From Wigglesworthia glossinidia endosymbiont of Glossina morsitans morsitans (Yale colony) (GTDB lineage: Bacteria > Pseudomonadota > Gammaproteobacteria > Enterobacterales > Enterobacteriaceae), in the NCBI RefSeq assembly GCF_000247565.1, contig NC_016893.1, positions 240,001 to 272,000 of the forward strand: DNA of 32,000 bases, written 5' to 3'. Below are positions 12,362-22,623 of this stretch, in pieces; positions within the stretch are counted from its first letter, which is position 1; each line of letters begins with the position of its first letter. Both the position numbers and the translations under genes were made by a program. The notes below the pieces were generated by a model. It was not told the DNA's origin. It did not search any database and saw only the letters and a list, made by a program, of their open reading frames with translations.

Positions 12362-12390
12362 TCATATGACAGAGATCAATAAAATTCAAG
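12362..12390 (-). promoter_or_regulatory. candidate sigma32-type heat-shock promoter for hspQ
   Basis: The minus strand reads CTTGAA (12390..12385), then a 13-nt spacer, then tgtCATAT. This compares with the sigma32 consensus CTTGAA-N13/14-CCCCATNT. It lies about 30 nt upstream of the hspQ ATG. The -10 part matches only partially. Confidence 0.3.
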
Positions 12391-12827
12391 TATCTAAAAA
12401 AATAGGTGATATTTTCATACTATAATAATTTATAATAATTTTTAAGATAAATGAATATTGTCTATTAAAAAAATATATTACTTTATTTTTTACTGATATA
12501 GTATATAAAAATTAATTTTAGGTTTTTTAAGAATTTAATTTTGTATTTTTTTATCAAAAACGTAAATATTTGTTATAGATCTATAATCTATATAATATAA
12601 ACACGATGAATGTTGTTTATGACGTATTTTTTATTGATTAAATAATAAAAAATAAGTGTAGTATTAATACTAAAATTTTATTTATTTTTTTAAAATTTTT
12701 CTAAAATACTTAGTCGTACAAATATTTTTTTAGATTAAAAATCTAAAATGTATGTAAAAATTAATTATTATCAATAAATAATTAAAAATTTCTTATTTTG
12801 AAGTAACAGATATTAAAATATTTTATA

Positions 12828-13544
12828 ATGCTTTATTATATTTTAAATAATTTCAATACTTATGAGAAACATTTAGTATACAATACTGTGATAATAAATA
12901 AATTAAAAAAAAAAGCAGGATGGGCTGCATTAGAATACATTCAACCTGGAAATGTAGTCGGAGTAGGTAGCGGATCTACTGCGGCATATTTTATTGATGC
13001 TTTAAGTTCAGTAAAAAATTATATTAAAGGCGCAGTTTCTAGTTCTGAAATGTCTTCTTGCAAATTAAAAAATTTAGATGTTCCTTTGTTAGATTTAAAT
13101 GAAGTAGATGTGCTAGATATTTATATAGATGGTGCAGATGAAATAAATTCTAAAAAATATATGATCAAAGGAAAAGGAGCTGCGTTAACAAGAGAAAAAA
13201 TTATTGCTTCTGCAGCAAAAAAATTTATCTGTATTGTCGATAGCAGTAAAATTGTATCTGTTTTAGGAGGTGTACCGCTTCCAATCGAAGTAATACCAAT
13301 GGCAAGAACAATAGTATCTAAAAGAATAATGGATTTAGGAGGAATTCCAAAATATAGAAAAAATATAATTACAGAAAATGGTAATATTTTATTAGACGTA
13401 TACAATTTAACGATTTTTAATGCTCTTTCTTTAGAAGAAGAAATTAATAATATACCTGGAGTTGTAACAGTAGGATTATTTGCTCGTCGCGCTGCTGACA
13501 TTGCTATTATATCTGGACATCAAGGAATAAAAGTAATCGAATAA
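12828..13544 (+). CDS. rpiA: ribose-5-phosphate isomerase A
   Basis: Has [39 protein letters not shown] and [11 protein letters not shown]. Homology to E. coli RpiA begins about 20 codons into the ORF, so the in-frame GTG at 12888 (giving 218 aa) is an alternative start. Confidence 0.92.
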   Translation: MLYYILNNFNTYEKHLVYNTVIINKLKKKAGWAALEYIQPGNVVGVGSGSTAAYFIDALSSVKNYIKGAVSSSEMSSCKLKNLDVPLLDLNEVDVLDIYIDGADEINSKKYMIKGKGAALTREKIIASAAKKFICIVDSSKIVSVLGGVPLPIEVIPMARTIVSKRIMDLGGIPKYRKNIITENGNILLDVYNLTIFNALSLEEEINNIPGVVTVGLFARRAADIAIISGHQGIKVIE

Positions 13545-13693
13545 CAACAACGTATATATGTAAAATTTCTAATTATTAATAGAATACTGATTATGTATTT
13601 AATTTATTTATAATTTTTTTATTAAGTTTTTATTTCTAATTAATTTATTATTTCAAATAAAAGTTTATATTTTAAATTTTTTGGTAATATAAA

Positions 13694-14950
13694 ATGTGTA
13701 TAGATTATTGTGATCTTAAAAAATATGATTTTGAATTATGGAAATACATTCATCAAGAAAATAAAAGACAAGAAGAACATATCGAACTTATTGCATCTGA
13801 AAATTATGTTAGTAAATATGTGATGGATCTTCAAGGATCACTATTAACTAATAAATATGCAGAAGGTTATCCAAAAAACAGGTATTATGGAGGTTGTTCT
13901 TATATAGATAAAATTGAAAATTTAGCAATTAAAAGGGCTAAATCATTATTTGGCGCAGATTATGCAAATGTTCAACCACATTCAGGATCTCAAGCTAATT
14001 TTGCTGTTTATTCCGCTTTGTTAAAGCCAGGCGATACAGTTTTGGGCATGGATTTAAAACATGGAGGACATTTAACGCACGGATCTTCTGCAAATTTTTC
14101 TGGAAAAATATATAATTTTGTGTCATACGGAGTGAATAATTTAGGAAAAATTGATTATCAAAAATTATCTGATCTATCAAAATTACATAATCCTAAAATG
14201 ATCGTAGGAGGATTTTCTTCATATTCAGGATTTGTTGATTGGAAAAAAATGCGAAAAATATCAGATCAAATTGGAGCATATTTATTTGCTGATATTGCAC
14301 ACGTTTCTGGATTAATTATTGCTGGGATATATCCCGATGCTATTCCATATGCACATGTAGTGACGTCTACAACACATAAAACTCTAGCAGGTCCTAGAGG
14401 AGGATTAATTTTATCTAAAGAAGGTGATACTCAACTGTATAAAAAATTAGATTCTGCAGTTTTTCCCGGATCACAAGGTGGGCCTTTAATGCATATTATT
14501 GCAGCAAAAGCGCTAGCATTTAAAGAAGCTATGTCTCCAAATTTCAAAAAATATCAAAAACAAATTGTAAAAAATTCTAAAGCCATGGTAAAAGTGTTTT
14601 TATCGCGTAAATTTAAAATAATTTCGGGAGGTACTAAAAATCATTTATTTATAGTAGATTTATTAAATCGTAATATCACAGGAAAATCGGCAGAAAAAAT
14701 TTTAGAACAATCCAACATTACTGTTAATAAAAATTCTATACCAAATGATCCTTTAGGACCTTCTATAACCTCGGGCATTCGAATTGGTACACCAGCTGTA
14801 ACGCGTCGCGGTTTAAATGAAAATCATGTTAAAATTTTAGCAGAATGGATGTGTGATATATTAGATGACGTTGATAATCAAAATATAAAAAATAAAATTA
14901 AAGGTCAAGTAATACGGCTATGTAAAAAATTTCCTGTTTACAAAAATTAA
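13694..14950 (+). CDS. glyA: serine hydroxymethyltransferase GlyA
   Basis: 418 aa with [29 protein letters not shown], the [15 protein letters not shown]-lysine region and [12 protein letters not shown]. Confidence 0.97.
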   Translation: MCIDYCDLKKYDFELWKYIHQENKRQEEHIELIASENYVSKYVMDLQGSLLTNKYAEGYPKNRYYGGCSYIDKIENLAIKRAKSLFGADYANVQPHSGSQANFAVYSALLKPGDTVLGMDLKHGGHLTHGSSANFSGKIYNFVSYGVNNLGKIDYQKLSDLSKLHNPKMIVGGFSSYSGFVDWKKMRKISDQIGAYLFADIAHVSGLIIAGIYPDAIPYAHVVTSTTHKTLAGPRGGLILSKEGDTQLYKKLDSAVFPGSQGGPLMHIIAAKALAFKEAMSPNFKKYQKQIVKNSKAMVKVFLSRKFKIISGGTKNHLFIVDLLNRNITGKSAEKILEQSNITVNKNSIPNDPLGPSITSGIRIGTPAVTRRGLNENHVKILAEWMCDILDDVDNQNIKNKIKGQVIRLCKKFPVYKN

Positions 14951-14997
14951 CTGTAATAAAAAAAATTTTAAAATTCGACAAAAATTTTTAATAAAGT

Positions 14998-15507
14998 TTA
15001 AAATGGAATATCATCGTCAAAACTAATATTCATATTTTTTTTATTTAATTTTTTTTCATCATCATGGTCTAATTTATCTTCTTTTCGATTTATATTGGAT
15101 TTATTTTTTTGATCATGCCACGATACTTTGTTAGAAGTGACATCTGTTTCAGATATTTGTTTTGTTCCAAGCATTTGCATAGAACCATTAATTCCTACAA
15201 CAATCTCTGTAATATATTTATCTTGACCGTTTTGATCTTGCCATTTTCTCGTTTGTAAACTTCCTTCGATATATACTTGAGAACCTTTTCGTAAATATTC
15301 TCCTGCTATCTCAGCTAATTTACCAAATAAAACTATTCTATGCCATTCAGTTTTTTCTTTAATTTCTCCAGTATTTTTATCGCGCCAATTTTCAGATGTA
15401 GCAAGTGTTATGTTCGCAACAGCATTGCCGTTGGGTATATAACGTATATCTGGATTTTGCCCTAAATATCCAATTAAAATTACTTTGTTTATACCTCTAC
15501 TAGTCAT
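14998..15507 (-). CDS. ssb: single-stranded DNA-binding protein Ssb
   Basis: 169 aa. The OB-fold region is nearly identical to E. coli SSB ([40 protein letters not shown]), and the canonical acidic tail DDDIPF is present. Confidence 0.96.
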   Translation of the reverse strand: MTSRGINKVILIGYLGQNPDIRYIPNGNAVANITLATSENWRDKNTGEIKEKTEWHRIVLFGKLAEIAGEYLRKGSQVYIEGSLQTRKWQDQNGQDKYITEIVVGINGSMQMLGTKQISETDVTSNKVSWHDQKNKSNINRKEDKLDHDDEKKLNKKNMNISFDDDIPF

Positions 15508-15571
15508 TAGTTCTCCGAAGAATTAATATTTATTTTTTATAATTTAAATAATAGATATTATCTAAATATTA

Positions 15572-16972
15572 TTATTCGTAATAATTATGTGAATAGTTAT
15601 CAAATCTAGACCATTTCCCATTAAAAGTTAAACGAATTGTGCCTATCGGACCATTACGTTGTTTACCTAAAATAATTTCTGCTACTCCTTTTGTTTCATT
15701 ATTTTCATTATATACTTCATCTCGATAAATAAACATAATTACGTCTGCATCTTGTTCAATCGATCCGGATTCTCTTAAATCTGAATTAATTGGTCTTTTA
15801 TCAGATCGTTGTTCTAAACTTCGATTAAGTTGTGACAATGCAATCACGGGAACTTGAAGTTCTTTTGCTAGCGCTTTTAAAGATCTTGAGATTTCTGCAA
15901 TTTCCAATGTTCTATTATTAAATATTGTAGGAGCGTGCATAAGTTGCAAGTAGTCAATCATAATCAAACTTAATCCTGAATGTTCACGAAAAATTCGTCT
16001 TGACCTGGATCGAATTTCTGTTATTGTTAGTTTAGAAGAATCATCAATATAGATATTTTTCTTTTTTAATAATGTTTCTACGGTATTTGATATACGTTCC
16101 CAATCTTCTTTTGTTAATTTACCGGTTCTCAATCGACTTTGATCTACTCTTGATAAAGATGACAGTATACGCATCATAATTTGTTCGCCTGACATTTCTA
16201 AACTAAAAATTAAAACTGGTTTACTTTCGTTTATTGCAGCATATTCGCATAAATTAATAGCAAAAGTTGTTTTTCCCATTGAAGGTCGTGCCGCAATAAT
16301 AATTAAATCTGACTTTTGTAATCCAGAAGTTTTTTTATCTAAATCTTGATATCCACTAGAAATTCCAATAATTTCGTTTTTTGGTTCTTGATATAATTTT
16401 TCTATTTTTTCTACTGTATTAGTTAAAACTGATTCAATGTTTTTAGGTCCTTCATTTTTTCTATTTTGATTTTCTGCTATTTGAAATACGCGTGATTCTG
16501 CTAAATCTAATAAATCTGAGCTACTACGTCCTTTAGGATTGTAGCCTGCGTCAAAAATTTCTTGTGCGACATGTATAATTTGTCTAATTATGGCTCGTTC
16601 GCGAACAATTTCTGAATAAATAAAGATATTTGTAGTACTAGGAATATTTTTTGACAGTTCTGCTAAATATGCAAATCCTCCAACTAATTTAAGTTTACCT
16701 TTTTGTTCAAGAGATTCTGAAACAGTAATTAAATCAATTGGTTTTCCGATATCGCATAATTCATGCATTTCTTGAAAAATTAATTGATGTGATTTATTAA
16801 AAAAATCATTACAATTAATTTTATCTGATATTTCATCCCAGTAATCATTATTTAACATTAGACTACCTATAATAGATTGCTCTGCTTCTAAAGAATGTGG
16901 AGGCATTCTGACATTGTAACTTGAATAAGATGATCTGTGATTAATATATTTAGATGATATAGACATGTTCAT
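15572..16972 (-). CDS. dnaB: replicative DNA helicase DnaB
   Basis: 466 aa with PPHSLEAEQS, Walker A ARPSMGKTTFA, LIMIDYLQLM, SQLNRSLEQR and SGSIEQDAD. Confidence 0.97.
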   Translation of the reverse strand: MNMSISSKYINHRSSYSSYNVRMPPHSLEAEQSIIGSLMLNNDYWDEISDKINCNDFFNKSHQLIFQEMHELCDIGKPIDLITVSESLEQKGKLKLVGGFAYLAELSKNIPSTTNIFIYSEIVRERAIIRQIIHVAQEIFDAGYNPKGRSSSDLLDLAESRVFQIAENQNRKNEGPKNIESVLTNTVEKIEKLYQEPKNEIIGISSGYQDLDKKTSGLQKSDLIIIAARPSMGKTTFAINLCEYAAINESKPVLIFSLEMSGEQIMMRILSSLSRVDQSRLRTGKLTKEDWERISNTVETLLKKKNIYIDDSSKLTITEIRSRSRRIFREHSGLSLIMIDYLQLMHAPTIFNNRTLEIAEISRSLKALAKELQVPVIALSQLNRSLEQRSDKRPINSDLRESGSIEQDADVIMFIYRDEVYNENNETKGVAEIILGKQRNGPIGTIRLTFNGKWSRFDNYSHNYYE

Positions 16973-17083
16973 TTAAAAATGAAAATTTATTTTTAATTAA
17001 TTTAAATTTAAACTGATATTCTATCACACAACGTATCAGAAAATTATAGAAAATATTTTTTGTTAAACAATTCTTACATAAAT

Positions 17084-17815
17084 TTATTTAAAATGATTAA
17101 ATTTTAATATTTCTTCATTAAGAATGCTGATTTTTTTTTGAACTAAATCATAACAATCTTGAGACAACTGTCTTGCCTGATTAATGCGATATTTTTTTAT
17201 ATTAATTGGAGATAAAACTTCAATTATTACTATGCCGTTATTATACTTGTTTATTTTTATTTGAGATGTATCTGAAACGCAAATTGGAACAATAGGAACT
17301 TGAGCATGTAACGCGATATGGAATGCTCCTGATTTAAATGGTAATAATCCTTTTCCTCTACTTCGAGTGCCTTCTGGAAACATCCAAATTGATGTTTTTT
17401 GATCTTTTAAAATAGAAGTAACTTTTTTTAATGATTTTAAAGAACTAATTTTATTTTTTCTATCTATCAATAAATTACCTGATATCCAATATAAAATACC
17501 AAAAAAAGGAATCCATATTAAACTTTTTTTTCCTATCGTAATAGTATTTTTTTTTATTACTCGAGATACTGTTATCATATCAAAATTATTTTGATGATTA
17601 GCTATATATACGCAATTTTTTGGAAAATTTATATTTTTTGGATAACGTATAATAACTTTAATTCCAAATATACAATAAAGATGTCCAAAAATTCTACCAA
17701 ATTTATATGCATGACATGAATTGCATGGTTTATATAGTGCACAATAAATTGATCCTATTATGCAAATTAAAATACAAATTATTAATAATACTAACATGCG
17801 AAAAATGGCTAACAT
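17084..17815 (-). CDS. plsC: 1-acyl-sn-glycerol-3-phosphate acyltransferase PlsC
   Basis: 243 aa with the acyltransferase HX4D motif NHQNNFD, FPEGTRS and the N-terminal membrane segment. Colinear with E. coli PlsC. Confidence 0.92.
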   Translation of the reverse strand: MLAIFRMLVLLIICILICIIGSIYCALYKPCNSCHAYKFGRIFGHLYCIFGIKVIIRYPKNINFPKNCVYIANHQNNFDMITVSRVIKKNTITIGKKSLIWIPFFGILYWISGNLLIDRKNKISSLKSLKKVTSILKDQKTSIWMFPEGTRSRGKGLLPFKSGAFHIALHAQVPIVPICVSDTSQIKINKYNNGIVIIEVLSPINIKKYRINQARQLSQDCYDLVQKKISILNEEILKFNHFK

Positions 17816-17935
17816 TTTTTTAAAAATGATATTTATTATTTATTAATATTATAATATATAAATTTGATTAACGAAATATTTCTCCAAATTTTAATAAAAT
17901 CAATGTTTTATATAGATAATCAAAAACATGATATA

Positions 17936-18772
17936 TCAATTAACTGTAATTTTTTTCATAAATCTTTCATAAATTTTATCTATATAGGGAAACATTCCGT
18001 GCCATAATAAAAATGTATGGGCCGCTTGTGCAATTAACATACCAAACCCATCAAAACAATTTTTAGCACCTTTTTCTTTACAATGTACAAGAAATTGTGT
18101 CTTTTTATTTTTTTTATAAAACATATCATAACAAAAAACATTTTCATTAATTATGTCATAATTAATATTAGGTGCTTGATTATATATTCCGCAAGAAGTT
18201 GCATTAATAATTAGATTATAATTTTCTTTTGTTATATCTTTCATGGGTAATACTTTTATCTGATGTTTATAAGATTGATATAATTGAGCAATTTTAAATG
18301 CTTTGGAAATTGTACGATTTGTCATTGTAAGATTACAACCAAAATTTAACAAATAATTTACCGAACTAGCAGCTGCATTTCCTGAACCGATCAACAACAA
18401 TTTGCTATTTTTTTTTATTATGTTTAATCTATTTAAATCATATATTAATCCAATACCGTCTGTATCATCTCCTAACAACAAGCCATTAGGTTGCTTTTTA
18501 ATTGTATTTATTGATTTTGACATAAAAGCACGTTTTGTAATTTGATCACATAAAAAAAAACTACGTTTTTTAAAAGGTGTAGTAATGTTTGCTCCTAAAC
18601 CTCCGGAATTAAAAAAATCTTTTACTTTTTTTTCAAAAGTATATTTTTTGACTAAATGTTTTCGATATTTATATTTAAGTCCAGTAAATTTTTGAAATTC
18701 CTGATGTATTTCTGGGGAACAACTATGTTCCACAGGATTTCCAAATAGAGCAAAAACATTATTTAATGACAT
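17936..18772 (-). CDS. aroE: shikimate dehydrogenase AroE
   Basis: Has FGNPVEHSCSP, GANITTPFK, GDDTDGIG, INATS and YDMFY. The track ORF starts at 18796, but homology begins at the internal ATG 18772..18770 (MSLNNVFALFGNP), 4 nt after the tsaC stop. The gene ends with TGA at the position of the homologous C-terminus. Confidence 0.9.
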   Translation of the reverse strand: MSLNNVFALFGNPVEHSCSPEIHQEFQKFTGLKYKYRKHLVKKYTFEKKVKDFFNSGGLGANITTPFKKRSFFLCDQITKRAFMSKSINTIKKQPNGLLLGDDTDGIGLIYDLNRLNIIKKNSKLLLIGSGNAAASSVNYLLNFGCNLTMTNRTISKAFKIAQLYQSYKHQIKVLPMKDITKENYNLIINATSCGIYNQAPNINYDIINENVFCYDMFYKKNKKTQFLVHCKEKGAKNCFDGFGMLIAQAAHTFLLWHGMFPYIDKIYERFMKKITVN

Positions 18773-18776
18773 TTTT

Positions 18777-19337
18777 TTATCCTTTACGAATAACACGATT
18801 ATTAAATATATTTCTTATTTCAGAAGGATTTTGATAAAGTCCAATAGGATAATCTAAAATTTTTATATTTTCCCCGAATTGTTTATATACTTCGTTTGAA
18901 GTTTTTGCTGGAATTTTTCCAGATAAGTTTGCACTAGTAGAAATTAGTGGTTTTCCAAACATATTACAAATTTTTATAATCGGAAAAAAAGCACTCACCC
19001 GAACTGCTAACATGCTATTTTCCCCGATTAACCATGGAGAAATAGTATTTTTTGGAGGCATTAACCATGTTATAAATCCAGGCCAAGTTAAAAAAATTTT
19101 TTTTAATATATTTTTACTAATTAGATTGTAGTTAATATATTTTTTCAACTGAAAAAAATTAGATGCAACTAATATAAATCCTTTTTCTTTATTTCTTTTT
19201 TTTAAAATTAACAATTTTTTGACTGCAGAAAATGAATCTGGATCACAGCCTAATCCAAACACTGCTTCTGTCGGATATGCAATAACTTTTTTCTGATGCA
19301 GTGCGCTTATAATTTCTACAAAGTTATTAGTATTCAT
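18777..19337 (-). CDS. tsaC: threonylcarbamoyl-AMP synthase TsaC (YrdC/RimN)
   Basis: 186 aa YrdC-domain protein (YPTEAVFGLGCDP, PLISTSANLSG). It sits immediately upstream of aroE, as in E. coli. Confidence 0.88.
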   Translation of the reverse strand: MNTNNFVEIISALHQKKVIAYPTEAVFGLGCDPDSFSAVKKLLILKKRNKEKGFILVASNFFQLKKYINYNLISKNILKKIFLTWPGFITWLMPPKNTISPWLIGENSMLAVRVSAFFPIIKICNMFGKPLISTSANLSGKIPAKTSNEVYKQFGENIKILDYPIGLYQNPSEIRNIFNNRVIRKG

Positions 19338-19702
19338 AATATTATAAAAATTTTGTTATTTATTTTATAAAAGAATTATACATATTAATATCATAGATAT
19401 ATAATAAAATATCTAATATATATAGGAAATGATATTCTAAAAATTTTATTCGAAATAAATAATTATATAATTAAAAACTACTATTTTTTTTAATATTTAA
19501 CATTAACAAAAAATGCGCTATAATCTTGTTTGAAAAAGAAAAAATTTTTATTCAGTTTGATTTTTTATTTAGACAAAGTTTATTAAAAATTAAAAAAATA
19601 AAAAAACTTTGTTTAAAATTACTCAAATGTTTAAAATTCTAAAATTTACAAATACAGTACAAGAAAAATATTTTGCTCTTATTTTTTTAAATTATATATA
19701 TT

Positions 19703-20158
19703 ATGTCTATATTATCAATACTACATTATCCAGATAAAAGATTAAGAAATGTTGCATCTTCGGTAACTTCAATAAATAAAAAAATACAAACACTTATAGA
19801 TAATATGTTTGAAACAATGTATTTACAAGAAGGTATCGGTTTAGCAGCAACACAAGTTGATATTCATAAAAGAATTATCGTAATTGATACATCCAAACAA
19901 AAGAACGAAAAGATAGTGTTAATTAATCCAAAATTTTTAAATAAATACGGAAGTGAAATTTTTGAAGAAGGATGTTTATCTATCCCTAATATGCGCGTAT
20001 ATGTATCTCGATCTAGCACAGTGAAAATAGAAGCTTTCAATTATTACGGAAAAAAATTTTTTTTAAAAGCTACAGGATTATTGTCTAGTTGTATTCAACA
20101 CGAAATGGATCATTTAATTGGAAAATTACTTATCGATCATTCAATTCGAAAATTATAA
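19703..20158 (+). CDS. def: peptide deformylase Def
   Basis: 151 aa with the three metal-site motifs [13 protein letters not shown] and HEMDHL. Followed by fmt. Confidence 0.95.
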   Translation: MSILSILHYPDKRLRNVASSVTSINKKIQTLIDNMFETMYLQEGIGLAATQVDIHKRIIVIDTSKQKNEKIVLINPKFLNKYGSEIFEEGCLSIPNMRVYVSRSSTVKIEAFNYYGKKFFLKATGLLSSCIQHEMDHLIGKLLIDHSIRKL

Positions 20159-20216
20159 AAAAATAATAACTATTTAATTCATAACTATACAAATTTAAAA
20201 TAATGTTACTTCAAAT

Positions 20217-21176
20217 ATGCACATATCAAAATCTTTAAAAATTATTTTCGCTGGCACATCCTATTTTTCTAGTAAATTTTTAAATATTTTACTACATTCT
20301 CAACATATTGTCGCTGGCATTTTAACGCAACCAGATCGTGCTTCTGGAAGGGGACAACAAATACATGAAAGTCCAATAAAAAAAATAGCAAAAAATTACA
20401 ATATCCCTATATTTCAACCATTTTCTTCAAAAGATTTAGATAATATTATAGATGTTTTAAAATTAATAAACTGCGATATAATTTTAGTAATTGCATATAA
20501 AATAGTATTATCAAAAAAAATTTTATCTTTGCCTAAATTAGGATGCATTAATTTACATGGATCTTTATTACCACGTTGGCGTGGATCTTCTCCTGTGCAC
20601 AGAGCAATTCAATTTGGTGACAAAAAAACAGGTATTACATTTATTAAAATGGACGAAGGTATAGATACAGGACCTATACTATATACATGCAAATGTAATA
20701 TTACAAATTTTGATACTACAGAAACTTTATTAAACAAATTATACAAAATTGGAAAATGTGCAATCATCAAAGTTTTATATAAATTATCTATCGGAAATTT
20801 TCATTTATATCCGCAAAATAATTTGCTAGCAACATATGCGAAAAAAATCAATAAAAATGAAGCAAAAATTGACTGGAAAATTCCAGCAATACAATTAGAA
20901 AGAAATATTCGTGCTTTTAATCCTTGGCCAATAAGTTACTTTTGGATATCGCAAACATATGTAAAAATATGGAAAGCAAAAACTGATAAAAATAATATAT
21001 TCTTTCATTCTCCGGGAGAAATATTGAAAATTAATTCTCATGGAGTATATATAAGTACAAGTCAAGGAATATTAATTTTGCAAATTTTACAATTATCAGG
21101 GCGGAAAAAAAATTTTATAAAAGAATCTTGGCATACATATAGAAAATTATTTATTCCAGGAAATTTTTTACTATAA
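20217..21176 (+). CDS. fmt: methionyl-tRNA formyltransferase Fmt
   Basis: 319 aa with IFAGT, PDRASGRG and NLHGSLLPRWRGSSPV. Sits in the def-fmt pair. Confidence 0.94.
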   Translation: MHISKSLKIIFAGTSYFSSKFLNILLHSQHIVAGILTQPDRASGRGQQIHESPIKKIAKNYNIPIFQPFSSKDLDNIIDVLKLINCDIILVIAYKIVLSKKILSLPKLGCINLHGSLLPRWRGSSPVHRAIQFGDKKTGITFIKMDEGIDTGPILYTCKCNITNFDTTETLLNKLYKIGKCAIIKVLYKLSIGNFHLYPQNNLLATYAKKINKNEAKIDWKIPAIQLERNIRAFNPWPISYFWISQTYVKIWKAKTDKNNIFFHSPGEILKINSHGVYISTSQGILILQILQLSGRKKNFIKESWHTYRKLFIPGNFLL

Positions 21177-21243
21177 AATAATTAATAAATATATTGAATT
21201 CAAATACACTATACAATGTAAAAATTAGATTATAAATATTACT

Positions 21244-22623
21244 ATGAAAATTATAATTTTAGGTGCAGGTCAAGTCGGAGGAACGTTAGCAGAAAATTTA
21301 TCTAGCGAGCATAACGATATTACTATTATAGATACAGATGAATATAAACTAAGACAATTACAAGAAAAATATGATTTAAAAACTATTCAAGGACATGCAT
21401 CGCATCCAACAATTTTGAAAGATGCCCAAGCAGAAGATGCAGACGTATTAATAGCTGCTACTTATTCCGACGAAATTAATATTTTAGCATGTCAAATAGC
21501 CTATATTTTATTTAGAACACCAAACCGAATTGCACGTATTCGTTCTACGGATTATATTCAAGAATCTTTGAAATTGTTTAACCCTGCTTCTATACCAATA
21601 GACTATTTAATTTCTCCTGAAATGATAATAGCAAAAAATATTTTTAATCTTATTGAACATCCTGGAGCATTACAATTTTTTATATTTTCTATTGATAAAA
21701 TTAGCTTAGTTTCTTTAAAAATTTCAGATGCTTCAATTGAATTAGTAGAACATATTATTTTATTGCTTCCAGAAAGCGTAATAAATTCCGGAACACGTAT
21801 TGCAGCTATTTTAAGAAATAAAACGTTTATTAATCCTCAAAGTTCTACTCATATAGAAATAGGCGATGAAATTTTTTTTATTACTACAGTAGAAAATGTG
21901 AAGTTAATAACTAATGAATTTCAAAAAATAGAAAAACCATATAAACGCATTATGATTGTAGGCGGTGGAAATATTGGAGCAATGTTAGCTAATAAATTAG
22001 AAAAAAATTATCAGGTTAAACTAATTGAAAAAAATCAAAGAAGAGCAGCAGAATTAGCAAAAAAATTAAAGAATACTATAGTATTCTATGGAAATGCATC
22101 TAATGAAGAATTATTAATTCAAGAACATATTGATCAAGTAGAAGTATTTATTTCGATTACAGATGATGATGAAGCGAATATTATGTCTGCAATGTTAGCT
22201 AAGAAAATGGGTGCAAAAAAAGTACTAGCATTAATACAAAGAAAAGCATATGTGGATTTAGTACAAGGCAGCATGATTGACATTGCTATTTCTCCGCAAG
22301 AAGCAACTATTTCTGCTTTTTTAAAATATTTAGGAAATACAAATGTAATAAATAACTTTGTTATCAGAAATGGTGTAGCAGAAGTATTAGAAGCAGTTGT
22401 AAAAGGAGATGAAACTACTTCTCAAATTATTGGGAGAGAAATATGCGACATTAAATTACCTCCTGGAACTATTATAGGTGCAATTATCAGGAATTCAAAA
22501 ATTGTTTCCGAACAAAAATATAATCCTATACAAAAAAACGATCATTTTATTATATTTTTAACTGAAAAAAGATTCATTAAAGATATAGAACGACTATTTG
22601 AACCAAATCCTTTTTTTCTTTAA
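21244..22623 (+). CDS. trkA: Trk potassium-uptake system NAD-binding protein TrkA
   Basis: 459 aa with a duplicated Rossmann/RCK architecture (MKIIILGAGQVGG near the N-terminus; IMIVGGGNIG at mid-protein). Confidence 0.94.
   Translation: MKIIILGAGQVGGTLAENLSSEHNDITIIDTDEYKLRQLQEKYDLKTIQGHASHPTILKDAQAEDADVLIAATYSDEINILACQIAYILFRTPNRIARIRSTDYIQESLKLFNPASIPIDYLISPEMIIAKNIFNLIEHPGALQFFIFSIDKISLVSLKISDASIELVEHIILLLPESVINSGTRIAAILRNKTFINPQSSTHIEIGDEIFFITTVENVKLITNEFQKIEKPYKRIMIVGGGNIGAMLANKLEKNYQVKLIEKNQRRAAELAKKLKNTIVFYGNASNEELLIQEHIDQVEVFISITDDDEANIMSAMLAKKMGAKKVLALIQRKAYVDLVQGSMIDIAISPQEATISAFLKYLGNTNVINNFVIRNGVAEVLEAVVKGDETTSQIIGREICDIKLPPGTIIGAIIRNSKIVSEQKYNPIQKNDHFIIFLTEKRFIKDIERLFEPNPFFL

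Noticed and set aside
12188-12382. 64-aa plus-strand ORF overlapping hspQ
   Set aside because: It is antisense to the highly conserved hspQ and is kept open only by that gene's higher GC content.
13121-13501. 126-aa minus-strand ORF inside rpiA
   Set aside because: It is antisense to conserved rpiA motifs ([14 protein letters not shown]). It has no independent support.
19497-19524. Sigma70-like promoter TTAACA-N16-TATAAT upstream of def
   Set aside because: It is plausible. However, in sequence this AT-rich, near-consensus -10/-35 hexamers occur constantly, so I cannot distinguish it from background without transcription-start data.
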